Positions 23,901 through 36,100 of a stretch of DNA of 64,000 bases are shown here, piece by piece. Both the position numbers and the translations under genes were made by a program. The notes beneath the pieces are model-generated. The model saw nothing but the letters and a program-made list of their open reading frames with translations, was not told the DNA's origin and did no database searches. Position 1 is the stretch's first letter, and each line of letters begins with the position of its first letter. Origin of the DNA: Phoronis australis (Eukaryota > Animalia > Phoronida); NCBI GenBank assembly GCA_002633005.1, contig NMRA01000024.1, positions 451,803 through 515,802 on the forward strand, given 5' to 3'.

Positions 23901-25668
23901 TTCTTTAATGATTCATTCCTAAAAGGTCATCCAGTGAATCAAGATGAGGGCTTGGCATTCAATTAACTTTTTAAATCTTCTAAATGGAAATATAGGATGG
24001 TCATTAGCCTCCTGCTCAGAATTAGTCAGGTGCCCCCTTCTGCTGGACTTTTGACCCTGTCTGGACCGAAAAAAATCTATGACAATTTATGTTAACGGTT
24101 AACGTTAATATAACGGTTCAGAGCTTTCTGAACCTAAAATTATTATAGAATTCTTAATAGACTTGCAAATGATAAGAGAACTGTTTCGACTTTGACACGT
24201 CACACCTCATAAAATTGTTCAGAAGAGTAATAAGTGCAAAACTGTATGTAAGAAAATTAGTGATGTACCTAAGCCATTGGAAGCGTTAACCTATTAGTAC
24301 ACTTTGTTCCAATGATTATTTTCTCAATATGATCAAGTGGCCAGTTTGGTGATATAGTCGACTATTGAAAAGTGCTTTTGCCAAACATTCCATAGTAGTA
24401 ATGGGCTTAATGCGTTGCACAATCTCGGCCAGTAACAAAATCAAATCCATTCACAAATAAATTGTCAGGGGCAGAGCCAGAAATTAAGTCGATTCTTCAC
24501 CGTTTCCCTTCATTGACTAATCAGATTTCATGTGAAATTGACAACCTAACTAGGATTGGCATGACCTCCGCTCAGCTGGCAGGTAGATTGTGTCAGGCTA
24601 ATTTGCGTCCATTCTTCCATCACTGTTATTGCATTGCTCCGCCTAAATCAAGTCTGAATTGGCCTAAATTAGACTACACACAATTAGGGATGTTTATGGC
24701 TAGAATTGGCAAATCCCAACTGAGCAGTGGTCAGTGTTGGCTTCTTGGCTGCAACATTTCGAAATTCCCGTCTGTTCGAACTGAATTAAACGTCTTAAAT
24801 ATTTTGTTGGCTCATGTCTACTGATAACTTTGAAATTGACATGAATGTTACTGAAAATAGTTTTTAGTTGAAGCGTGGCTGAGCTCTTGTCCAAATAAGT
24901 GTTCAGCGTCCTAATTTTATCTGATCGATGATGATTACTGTCAATTGATTATCTAATGCGCTGATTTAATTGCTGGTCAAGTCAAAATTCAGTTCAGGGT
25001 ACGATTCTCGCAATTCCAGCATCATCTTTCCATTCTACGTGTAAATGCCAAGTTGTTAGAATAATGCAATCAAATCTGGCATTTAGTAAATTTACCGATT
25101 GATTGGCCTACATATTGTCCTCTTGAGTGTTAACAGCAACGTATTGTGGGATTACAGCTGGGTGGCGCTGAAACTCACGCGTTCGAAGAGATACAATGCT
25201 TGTCAATAAAAACTGAAGCTTAATCAGTCCTCATAGCTTAGAAACTATTCAGAAAGCTTTGAAAGGGCTATCTCGATACAATGTGAGACTCGAAAGTTGG
25301 CTAGATGGCTCTGCAGAAACAACAGGTTCATTCGTACAAATAATTGCATACAGGTAGTCATAAACAACCCTTATTACATAGACATCCCAACAGGGTTCTG
25401 TTCTCAACCTATTGAGATTACAAAAAGAGAACAATTTCATCATCAGCATATTTCTGTGAAGATGGAGTCGATTACATTTGGCGATAGACCAACACAACCA
25501 TAAGACATTTTCAATATTATCTTCTTATTTTTTCAGTTTTCACCTCTGATTCAAGATACAGTGTTGAAGGGTACCTTCAATGCATCACTTAACAATCCAG
25601 TGTCTCCCCAAGTGGACTCCATGAGGGTTGGATCAACAGCCAAGCACGCGTTCTTGCTCGGAGTGTGA
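11862..25668 (+). CDS. STPG2: Sperm-tail PG-rich repeat-containing protein 2 (SHIPPO-repeat ciliary protein), 586 aa
   Basis: Exons 11862-11970, 12485-12771, 13329-13496, 13885-14115, 14379-14492, 14907-15066, 17151-17404, 22271-22454, 23132-23253 and 25537-25668 splice in frame (1761 nt). MYDRA start, PSIP..YGF..DGS..P..D.TLGPAYY, YKGNHFGN, PAPGSYNDPR.AL..LKK.SGLK..PFGQ.AVRF and PGSYDVHKS match vertebrate STPG2 as I recall it. Twelve PGPGxY-type motifs. Confidence 0.95.
12485..12771 (+). CDS. STPG2: STPG2 coding exon 2
   Basis: gcag|AT GGC TAT...GGA GCG|gtgagt; PGPGQYD, PGPGAY. Confidence 0.93.
13329..13496 (+). CDS. STPG2: STPG2 coding exon 3
   Basis: ctag|CTA ATG...AAC ACT|gtacgt; APSIPTPGQAYGF..LGPAYY. 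Confidence 0.92.
13885..14115 (+). CDS. STPG2: STPG2 coding exon 4
   Basis: gcag|GTG GAC...AAA AAA|gtaagt; YKGNHFG, GPGPGEY. Confidence 0.93.
14379..14492 (+). CDS. STPG2: STPG2 coding exon 5
   Basis: ctag|GCA GTC CCA GGT CCT GGT AAA TAT...GCT AAG|gtaagg. Confidence 0.92.
14907..15066 (+). CDS. STPG2: STPG2 coding exon 6
   Basis: taag|CGT TTC...CCC G|gtatgt; PAPGSYNDPR. Confidence 0.92.
16459..16689. mobile_element. Second copy of the 9884-10149 MITE family
   Basis: Colinear similarity (aaaataatt.ccgaaa...aagggcttcta...tgtgaatg.ccacaattt...tgagatttcac.gca). Confidence 0.7.
17151..17404 (+). CDS. STPG2: STPG2 coding exon 7
   Basis: cacag|GC CCG GGC TCA TAC...GCC AAG|gtatgt. Confidence 0.93.
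17811..17909. mobile_element. ~100 bp hairpin / miniature inverted-repeat element
   Basis: Arms aatctgatatagagtgcccgaattttgagaaccagttt and aaactggttctcaaaatatgggcacgttatatcagact around a ~22 nt spacer. Confidence 0.8.
20903..20930. repeat. (CAA)n microsatellite
   Basis: About 9 units. Confidence 0.9.
22271..22454 (+). CDS. STPG2: STPG2 coding exon 8
   Basis: tgtag|GAA ATG CCC CCT CCA GGT...CCA G|gtgtgt. Confidence 0.92.
23132..23253 (+). CDS. STPG2: STPG2 coding exon 9
   Basis: cacag|GC CCT GGT GCA TAT...TAT GAG|gtacga. Confidence 0.92.
25537..25668 (+). CDS. STPG2: STPG2 terminal coding exon
   Basis: tttcag|TTT TCA CCT CTG...GGA GTG TGA; FSPLIQDTVLKGTFNASL. Confidence 0.88.
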   Translation, partial: FSPLIQDTVLKGTFNASLNNPVSPQVDSMRVGSTAKHAFLLGV

Positions 25669-26383
25669 GTGGCAGGCACTCATTTAGTCTACTTCAGTTG
25701 CTCAACAGTCAGTCTTGTTTTGTCTTCATAGTGTTGCTGTGGGTACAATACAACCACATGCACATTTGTGTCAGTTTGAAAAACCTGTTCTTTTTATTTG
25801 GAGAGTATGACCGACAGTGGTTGGCTTAATGCTTTCATGGTTTGACCACTTTTTGGAATTGTCGTAAGTAAATATGCAAGTGAGACGTTAAAGTTAATTA
25901 GAAAGAAATTGGTCTGTTAACTTGACTATAGTTAGAAAAAGGGTCCGTGCATTGACTTACCTGTGAAAAAAATTTGCTGGTCTTTTCAGACATGCAGATT
26001 AGGGTTATGCAAAGACTTTATGCAATTTGAAACTGAAAGTGGATGAATGGTTAATTTTATTTTTGTCACATGTCTCAAGAAAATTTTAAAAGTTCAAGTT
26101 TATTATGATATACAGCTGTTAATGTCTTCTGGTAAAATTGTGACGATTTGCAGAGGGGATAGTTATAATGCAAAACCGTTTGTGTGATATTCAATTCATA
26201 TTTATACATATTCACTTAACACTGACATATCATGGATACATCATTTTGACGTCATCATCGTTGTAAATATGATATTCTGCATCCGTCATTGTCATCCCCA
26301 TTGTCTTGATGCTCATCACATGTCCTTGCCACTAGATGTCGCTCATTGTAATTGTAATTTATCAATATTGATGTAGATTCGGA

Positions 26384-26389
26384 AATAAA
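26384..26389 (+). terminator. STPG2 polyadenylation signal AATAAA
   Basis: ~715 nt after the stop codon, followed by a GT/T-rich downstream element; CpG content rises shortly after. Confidence 0.7.
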
Positions 26390-27940
26390 CGTCTGAATAT
26401 TCCGTTTGCTTTTGTCTTATTGTTTCGTCTATATGTTCTGTACTCTCAATCAGGTCATGAAATAACAAACCTACAGAGAGCTAACAATTTGTTTAGCAGA
26501 GAGAGAACTTAAGGTTAAAAAGATACCAAACCAGTTTTTGACCTATCAACACTCAGATATTAAAAATTACTTTCCCATCCAATTTCCTGAAACAAAACAA
26601 TGCTTTGCAAACCTCCACAACCCTCAAGAGTTAGGAGAAAATTTTGAAAACTTTCGAATTCTGCGACACGGCCAAGCGTGACGTACGCTTTTAGCCAATT
26701 ACAAGGCAACTGAGAATGAGGCCAATGATGCATCAGCAGGTGACTGAACGAGGATTGGTTGAAATCGTCAAAATAGGGTTAAGTGTCCTTTTTAAGAAGA
26801 AACTTGTCAAGCCTGTGCATTCTCCCAATATGTGCACAGAACTAGATTTTAACTCAAGAAAAGTATTTTTTCTGGAAGCAGAAAGCCTGTAGAATTTGAT
26901 TTTGATTTAATAACAAGATCTGTTTAATGGGGTAACAAGTCCATGTCTTTTCAATAAAATTAAGCAAACAAGAAATGGACATTCAGAGTAAAACAAATTT
27001 TGTTTGGTATGAATGTTCAAGACGAAATTCAATAAACGCTGTTACAGATTTCTTTCATCTCATTGTCTCGGGTTTAAAGCAACTTTCCATTTTTCACAAA
27101 AGTCTTATTGTTTACAACTCCTAAAAAGTATGCCAATTTTGAACAATTCTTTGTAGTACTGTAGAGCAGGGAAAGTGTGGTATTGGAAAGTTTCGTTTGA
27201 ATCCGATCAGCCATTTCTGATATTTGATATTTCAAATTTAGCGAAATTTGGACCCGTGTTTTGGGGGGGTTATATTTTCTTTCATTTAAAGCTCCGTAAT
27301 TCATGACGAAGTTAAGTTTTGAATTGATCATGCATTGGCCTTTTTGAATAATGAATTGTGCTTGAAAAGAATGCATCGAAATAGTTTGTTCTTGAGAAGA
27401 ATTGAAAACGTGTTAGTTTACAGCGCTTCTCACGAGATTGTCAAGTTTTCTCAATAACTATCGGCCACCCGTAGAGTCTGCCATGGATTAAAGACGGCGA
27501 GTTCCCTTTTTAATTAATTGAAATTACAAAATCTTCTTAACCCATTACATTAGAAGCCAATTTTGTCCTCCTTGTTAATAACTGATTTCTTTGTGATAAT
27601 GTCGCAAGATGATGATGAATTTCACAGTGATACAAAAGAAATGCTTATCAGAGGCGTCTGGTTTAATAAATGGTCGTAAATTTGCATTTTCATTTTGAAA
27701 AACACACAAAGAGAGTCAGAGAAGTTTGAAACAATACACGCCATTCGTCTAATAAGGACACGCGAGGTAACGCAAGTGAGGAAAACGCTAAGTGTCACTA
27801 TCGCGTCGGGCAAGTACCAACATATTTCCAACACGTTTCAGATCAAATGAAAGCTACATTCGTCGACTTTCAAACTGAAATGTTTTTAAGTTCACATCAC
27901 TTAGGCCGATACTAGTTTCACTGTTGGCCTGCCAGTAGGA

Positions 27941-28330
27941 TTATAGACCTTCCTTTCGATCGTTTAAAAAAAGCTTCATGGTTACAAAAATTCCGCTCTT
28001 TAAACTGAATTTGTGTTTGCCAATACAGACAATACAGACAGCTTCTTGTCTTTCTTCTACTTCTTCAATCGAGAAATATGGACAGTTCGTACTTTACAGC
28101 CCTGTATGCTTGCATTTACGCCGTCTTCAGCATCAGTTTTATGAAAAGTGTAGTTCCGTTCCATTCATGAATGGCAACCATTTTGTCGTGCACGTGAACC
28201 TAAAGCTGCACCTCTCATAGGTGCTTTAAGGTTTAAAAACATCATCAAGCTCATTCAGTCTTGAAGTGAAGCCGCGTACATGCGCCACCGGAAGTCACAA
28301 GTTTAGGGTTGGACACTGAAGGCCCTATAA
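27941..28330. mobile_element. Probable MITE
   Basis: Imperfect TIR ttatagaccttc / gaaggccctataa around a non-coding interior. Confidence 0.4.
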
Positions 28331-28349
28331 ATTCTATAGCGTTTTCTTA

Positions 28350-28510
28350 GTCGCTGAAGACTTCGATATTCTTGTCGGTAACGGAAACAGAATCCTAGAT
28401 ATCCTAGGTCAGTAACGAATATTGTGAGACCGATTTTATGAGAGTGAATTGCCCAATTCTATTTTCGTTTTTCTTTGTCATCAAAACAGCGCCAAATGCA
28501 GTTTTAAAAC
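28350..28510 (+). repeat. Dispersed repeat, copy 1 (copy 2 at ~34779-34910)
   Basis: Shared gtcgctga...ttcga...acggaaacagaatcc...gaatatt...gagac.gatt...caaaacag. Confidence 0.7.
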
Positions 28511-29104
28511 TAAAATCACAGTCAAATTTGTTTACATTGAAAATGTTTTTGTATTTGTTAGAATGAACTTCATTTCGGAATACGCTTTATCAATGTGTCT
28601 CGTGAATTTTTTGTTTAGCCAGGTATACATTCCCAGCCAGACGCAGGTGACTCCCGACTAAAGGTTGCGTGATCACGCGCTTCTCTTTTAATGCATGACA
28701 ATATCTCGCAAAGACTTGCCTTATCTCAATTTTCACCGTTCTACGGGCGGCATGTAAGTTAAATAATGGTATAGGCCCTACATCTAGCAAATTGATTAAC
28801 TGGCCAATGACAGTTCTAAACGTTGCCGGGTACGCGCACGTGTGCCCAAGTCGTGAATTCCGTAAAAACATCGGAAACAGAGGTATACGTGTTATCATCC
28901 CATGCAAGGATTTCGTGGTTGACAGAAAAATTCCATACTCAGAATTCTGTGCCTAAAAATACTTTCGCTTTTATTATTTACCTTTCTCAGTTTGTGAAAT
29001 CATAGAGAAGTGGAGAAAGAATTAGCTTAAGAAATCAAAAAATAACTGTCATCCTCGACTTGCAAAATGTCCGTCATTTTTCGTGGTTATTAGTATTTTA
29101 TCCA

Positions 29105-29256
29105 CTCTGGCGTCCATCTTGAAAAGTATGGCGGCCATATTGGATTTTTATGGCTAGGCATTTTTTTCTCAGAAAATGACTTGGTACTACGTTCATCATG
29201 GCCAAATGTCATGCTTGTCAATCCTGACCCAAAAATCACAACTAAGTTGCCCCACT
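29105..29256 (+). mobile_element. Fragment of a ggcggccat(a/c)ttg-type interspersed repeat (Helitron/Helentron-like 3' end)
   Basis: gtccatcttgaaaagtatggcggccatattggatttt...gccaaatgtcatgcttg...agttgccccact resembles a widespread invertebrate repeat end. The family assignment is recalled, not searched. Confidence 0.45.
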
Positions 29257-31284
29257 GAGATGCGTTATAGTGAAATATGTCCTACCACGTGACTAACACG
29301 TGACAAAGAGCATACGAAGCTGGCATAATTCATTTTCGCAGCAACACAAGTCATTAATTTTACATCATTTGCTTTCATTATAATAAGATACAATAACACA
29401 GATAACATAACAGGCACTTCAATTTGTTACATAATCAATGTTTGAGACCCATACTTTGTCTTTCAAACGTCTGTCACGAGACACTTTTAATCTGTCATAG
29501 CCTAAATCCGCCTTGTCGTCAAGGAAACGAGCTTTTGAATTAGGGGGTCTGTTTCTTGAAGGTAGTTTGGTCTTACGTTCCCACTTCAGATTTGCCGAAA
29601 AAGGTTTATCCATGTAATTACGAGCACATCATAGTCTAGAAACAGTGGGTAGAAATTACTTCTGTAAGTAGCAGTTATGTATATATTCTCAGAGACTCTG
29701 TACTTTTGCTCAAGTCAGATAGAAGTATTTTTAGAAATATTTGGCTGACGCTTAAGACTAAATTTCTGACTGAAGTCTTACGCCACTTTTCATGAAACAA
29801 TGTCCAAAAATCAAATCTGGTAATTTGAGAAAGGATCAAATTGAGACCAATGAATTTCATACTGTAAATGGTCGAAATTAAAAATGTTTTGAAGTGTAAC
29901 TTGCAAGCTAATTCCTTATCTCTGTGATTGCTTGACCAAATTAGTTAGAAACACAACTTATTGCGACGATGTGAATATGAACTAGGTTGAAAACTGCCAA
30001 ATGTTTTTAAGAACGAGTTTTGAGGCGAAAATAATCAGCAGCAAATCACTGAACCGTGTCGAGTAAGTATCGTGACGTGGTGCTGGGGAATAACACTGCA
30101 CGACGCGGGCTGTGTGAGCACGCGAGGTACGTCATCAGTGCAAATGTCACTAGTCGCAGATTGTTTTTGTTTGCACATTATTTTACAAATTGTCAGCGAA
30201 TACAACTGCACCTTGTTTAGGACAGATTATGTTCAAATAGCATTGCCTTTTAAGTTTCTGCTCTACACTGGCATAGTTAGGAGCATTCAAACACATCTTT
30301 AATGGAAAGGGACATTACAACAGCTTTAAAGGTCAACAACAAGAAGTTAAATGTTTCCGAGGACTTGTCGTGAACAGTTGAGAGCAAACAGACACATACT
30401 AATGAAGAATTGAGGCAAAAAACAGACAAAGCCATAAAACCATAAAACGTGTAATCAACGAATTATTGCTCATACCAGGAGAGCATTAAATATAACGCTT
30501 TTATGATGCCGGAATCGTTTTGCACCTGAGCGTCAATTTAGAAAGGAGCAACCGAATATGGTATACATTGTGCATTTTCGTAACTTCTAAATCTAGACAT
30601 CTTTCTAAAAACCTTGTAAGAAAATCGCTCGAGTTTATTAGAATTTCATAAATAAACCATGGAAAAAAGTGTTGACGAAATAAAAGCAGATGGCGAATGG
30701 TTAATTGCTTTTTATGTGTTTTATCGTATTTCACACACAAGATCCGCAAAAACACAATAAACGCGATCTTTATTATGCTTTGGATATATTTTAAAGTTAA
30801 TTTACCCTTCGGAAATAACAATCGTGAGCTTTGTGCCTCTCCCTATCTCCAATTATTTAAAATGAAGATGGTAGGTAAACATTACTAAATGTTTTAATGG
30901 AATGTATACCCACCTAATTCACCCTAATTTCCCCTTAGGGATATTAACTTAGCGTATGACGTTCTGCAGTACTGTATCTATATCCTCAAATCACAACACT
31001 AGAGAGGTAGATGCTTTTCTCTAAAATCTTAAGAAAACTGAATCGTGACTGAGGCAAGTGCAGCAGCGACTACGAAAATCATGAAAACTTAGTTTTGATG
31101 ACTTCATGTCAACTTGAACCAAATAAAACTTACGCACACTCGACGTATGCAAATGAAAACAACGTGTACCCAGTTCACAATACTCGCACCGCAGCCTGTT
31201 CCTGTAATCATTTTACTCTACGAGCTCAAACGCAATTTTCTGTAAGAGAACGCTTGCAGGCAAACTTCGACCTTGATGCCACAG

Positions 31285-31546
31285 CATGTGCGCACCCAGC
31301 CTAAAAATGGGGGCTCGAATTTTTGAGAACAGGGACCTTTTGAGATTCACGGGGTACGTTCAGAGCTGTGAATTGCGCATTTGCCGAATTTTGGTAGTTC
31401 CTGCCTTCAGTGGACTTTTGTCTCGTTTTCTACTTTTTTCGGAGATTTTGTTTCTCTGAGGCGGACCTCTTTGCTCACTTCGCCACATGAGGCGGGCTCG
31501 TTCGAGCCGCCCCCCCCCCCCCCGAACATCCAAGGGTGCGCGAATG
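31285..31546. mobile_element. MITE with G/C-run subterminal regions (hAT-like)
   Basis: TIR catgtgcgcaccc / gggtgcgcgaatg, internal G-run and C14 run; cacag on both flanks. Confidence 0.6.
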
Positions 31547-31741
31547 CACAGTTCAAACGAGTTTCGTTTAACTTCGTTATATTTTCAACATGTCATGATA
31601 TGTGTGATGCTTTCCAACGTTGGTCTTGTTCAAAATCCTTGAAAACCTTGAACTAACAATTTAATGTCACTATATTCTAGAGAAACGTCGTTTCATCGTA
31701 AACGTGTAAAGAATTCGACCATCGCGAATCGCCGTGTTGTG

Positions 31742-33180
31742 ACAAAATATTGTTGCTAAATAAATTCCCTCAAATCCTATTCTTTCTGTTATATTGCTAA
31801 GTGTGTGGTAGCGAAAAAAGTGGTGCCGTATGCTTTTCGTGTTTAAAACAAGATTTTTTGTCATGATTTTGAAAATAATATGTTTTGCGTGAGTGAGCGA
31901 GATCAGGCTCAGCGGGGATCCGAATCTACAGCCTGGCGCTCTGTTGGTAGAGCTAAAACCTTTTAAGCGTATTTAGCTGGCAAAGTCACCTGCCTTGATA
32001 TCAATGAATGTCTGGCAGGCAAAGGCGAGAATTGGTGATTTGTGAAAAACATACTGTAAAAAACAACGAGTTTTGTTGTTTTATAGCTTTGATCGAAGCT
32101 TATAACTTCAAGAAGCCTATGCCATCCAACAATAATTCCAAAAATGCGTTTTTCGTCCGTAAAACATATAAATTTCCTTGAAAAACAGAAAAACTTTACA
32201 GCACAACAGTTTAAGCCATCATAATGTGTAAGGAGCCGAATCTTGAAGTGCATTGAAGTTTAGAATACTTTCAACTTCGCAATAAAACTCATAAAATGTT
32301 GGCGTTAATTCATTTATAGCGCTTGCTGACTTACGATAACCTCTACATAATGAGATTTTATGAGCGTCATTTTAAAACAAACTTTTTATTTAGTAATCCA
32401 GCCTATCAATTAGCTTTAGACAGTTTTTTAAGTTAATTTAAAAAGTCCTACAANACAAAATATTGTTGCTAAATAAATTCCCTCAAATCCTATTCTTTCT
32501 GTTATATTGCTAAGTGTGTGGTAGCGAAAAAAGTGTTGCCGTATGCTTTTCGTGTTTAAAACAAGATTTTTTGTCATGATTTTGAAAATACAATGTTTTG
32601 CGTGAGTGAGCGAGATCAGGCTCAGCGGGGATCCGAATCTACAGTCTCCGCGATTGTAGCCTGGCGCTCTGTTGGTAGAGCCAAAACATTTAAGCGTATT
32701 TAGCTGGCAAAGTCACCTGCCTTGATATCAATGAATGTCTGGCAGGCAAAGGCGAGAATTGGTGATTTGTGAAAATCATACTGTAAAAAACAACGAGTTT
32801 TGTTGTTTTATAGCTTTGATCGAAACTTATAACTTCAAGAAGCCTATGCCATCCAACAATAATTCCAAAAATGCGTTTTTCGTCCGTAAAACATATAAAT
32901 TTCCTTGAAAAACAGAAAAACTTTACAGCACAACAGTTTAAGCCATCATAATGTGTAAGGAGCCGAATCTTGAAGTGCATTGAAGTTTAGAATACTTTCA
33001 ACTTCGCAATAAAACTCATAAAATGTTGGCGTTAATTCATTTATAGCGCTTGCTGACTTACGATAACCTCTACATAATGAGATTTTATGAGCGTCATTTT
33101 AAAACAAACTTTTTATTTAGTAATCCAGCCTATCAATTAGCTTTAGACAGTTTTTTAAGTTAATTTAAAAAGTCCTACAA
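31742..33180 (+). repeat. Tandem 712/726 bp near-identical duplication separated by a single N (likely assembly artefact)
   Basis: Copy 1 31742-32453, N at 32454, copy 2 32455-33180. They differ by a few SNPs, a 1 nt indel and a 15 nt indel. Confidence 0.9.
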
Positions 33181-36100
33181 AAGCAGTCAGTCAGATTGAC
33201 CTGCGTGTCAGCTGACTAATGGGGGAAAATTATGGGTTGCTTTTCATAAATTAAAGGGTTTGATGGACTCTGCTCTCCATTAACGATGTTATAAATGAAT
33301 ACATACATGACGGACATTTTTTTGCACACAATTGTTTCTTTCATGTCGCCGAACAAAGGGTCTGTTTTGAAAGCCTCTAAACAGTCTTTCTCCAAAAAAA
33401 TTGCGCGGGATAACACTGAATCACGGTGTATGACGATATGCTGGTTTTTTTTTGGCCGACGTCGCCCAATTAGAATATTAGTTGATCACGACATCCGGAC
33501 CGCAAAAGTGATTAAGTCAAGTTGAGCTACAGAGACGGCGCTTCCTTAAGTGAGTCGTCCGCTATTAAGATGAAATTTCAAAAGGAAAAAGTTTATTAAG
33601 TCTTAAGAACTGAATACTTGAACATTCATTTATTTTTGTCGAAACCAATAATATGAAATGTAGTTTCCACTGCAACAATTTCCTTAGGATTGTGTCTTGG
33701 GAAAGATTATGGTTAGTGAACGTTGAAATATTTCAAGTCCTCCAAAATTAAACCCACTTTCAACTGCCAAGATTGTGAAGTGTGCACCGCTTAGCAATCC
33801 AAACCAAAAGTTGCAACTTCGTGTTACCAAATTTCAAGTTGAAGTGTGTAGGTCTCACAACTGCAAAAATCAAATCCATTTTTCACTCGTGCCCGGATTT
33901 TTCCGTACAAGATTGTATGTGCCTACTTTTTGCGTAACAACTGAGCGCATCTGGGCTTCCTTTCATCAAAGGCCGTACGTGTGGACGCAGCCAAGACGGT
34001 TGCAGACACATTACCGCGAAGGCGACATCGCGTTTTGTACCGTAGGAGCAAAACATTGCAACTCACACGAACGTGATCGCAGTTCACATTCAAGTGAAAC
34101 ACGTTATAGTATGGCCATCTTGGCTTCGTCCAGGCTTACGATCTTTGATAAAATAGGCCTCTAGAGTCTTTATGTTTGACCACCTTAGTGTAGATTTCCG
34201 TTTTAACATATTTAAAGATACCTTTTCCGTTGTTTTATAATTAAAGGCTTCATACAAAGAACTTAGCACAATCAATGTCATAGTACTTCTGATTTTTAAT
34301 TTTTACTCTTTCATCATGACCCAGGCATTTTAACATGAACAGAATTTAACAAATAATTTTTAAATATTTATTTTGAGTATTCGATGGCAACAAAATGATA
34401 CTGAACTTAACTTTTTAAGAACTTAGAAATTTGATGCAAATACAAAGAGGTCGCAATTTTGCTATTTTAGTGATATCTTTCGATTGATGAAATTTATATT
34501 CGTTCATGTGAAAACTAAAGAAAGTCAGTACATATATAAAAGGAATATTCATGGGATCTATTTTCAAGTGCTTAAAGTTGCAAATCGCCACTGTTTAGTT
34601 GTCAATGTTGAATTCTTGACCAAAGCGCTCTGGGATCTAAAGTAAAATAGTGTTAATTCGATCTTGAATCATTGTCGAATGAGCCGGTAGCCCAAGTCAC
34701 AGTAATGTAACCCGTACAAATTCAAATCCGCAGTTTCAGAGTTAGTCAACCTCAGTAAACTCTGAAGCGTTTCGTGGAGTCGCTGACGGTTTCGAAGTTT
34801 TTGTTGGAGACGGAAACAGAATCCCATCACTGTAAGGAATATTAGGAGACAGATTCATTTTTCGTTTCGTTGTTTTTTTGGCAGCAAAACAGGACGAAAT
34901 ACAACTTTAAGAAGCTTTAAAAATTAAATTTACTTGAATGCGGTAATTAGCTTATTAATTGTCGCGCTATTTATAGTATATGTAAAGTAATACTGTGGCA
35001 AGACAACTTTTTTCAACAAAGTTGAGCACAGTTTTAACGGTGTCGATTTATCCATCCGGACCCTGAATGTGTATAAGGAGTTCTAGTTTAAGTTTATAAT
35101 GAGTGATCGTGATTAATTCATTCCTGGTACACAAACTCGAATACACAATCGTAGTCACCATGCCACGAACCGAAACCATAAAATTTGTCTGTTTTCGAGC
35201 GATATCGATTAATTACGCAATCGTCTACTGTCGGGCATTATTTGTTAAGAGGTTTTGTCGAGTTATGAACCGGTTATGGGTTTAATAACTCCGTCTGGCG
35301 ACAGTCATGTCATTTTATCGTCCTGTCGCAAGATTGGACCACGAACACGGCGTCTCGATCTACAAATGTCAGTCGCCTATAAAATACGATTAACCGCGTC
35401 ATGTCAAAGCTTATAAAACAAACTCAATACAATGTGTTTGGGTTGCATTCCACAGTCGAAAAGTATTTCTTTTTGGGTTATAATCGTCTGAAGGACGCAG
35501 TCAAACATTTGGACTCATCAGCTAACCTTTCCGATAACCACAAAACTGTTAAACAAAATTTCTGCTTAGATCAAGAATAGCAATAATTGTTTCTACAATA
35601 TAAGTAAAACTTTTGTCATGCGATTAAAAATTCAAAAAATTAATAAAAATTTAAGTTTCTTAATCTTTATTGATATAAAATAGTATATTTTTACCGCAAC
35701 GTTTCAGTGATTTAGACACCGTTTATTTTCCACTAAATGTCTAAATACTCACACTTGACAACTAACTTTTGGAGAATAATTACTTTTTCAGTGATGGAAG
35801 ATAATCCATTTTTACCATATAGTAATGATTTACACACAAAATCGTTTTCTAGATCTTCATATAAACAAATTGGGTGTTTAACTTATCCTAGAAATCTCAC
35901 TCTCCTTAGTGATATGGCTCGCTTTTGTTATCACAGAGTAAGCCACGAAAATGCTTTTTGTGAACTGCTTGTCCGTTTTTATTTCCTTTTCATCTGAGAT
36001 TTTTCAATGAATTATTAATCTATTTCAATCAAAAGTTAGCAGTTTTCATGTTTCTAAAATTATCATTTAGATGTTTGTCTGTTTTTGATATCCGAAAATA

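Noticed and set aside
31963-32980. Two near-identical 96 aa ORFs
   Set aside because: They lie in a repeat fragment duplicated by the probable assembly artefact.
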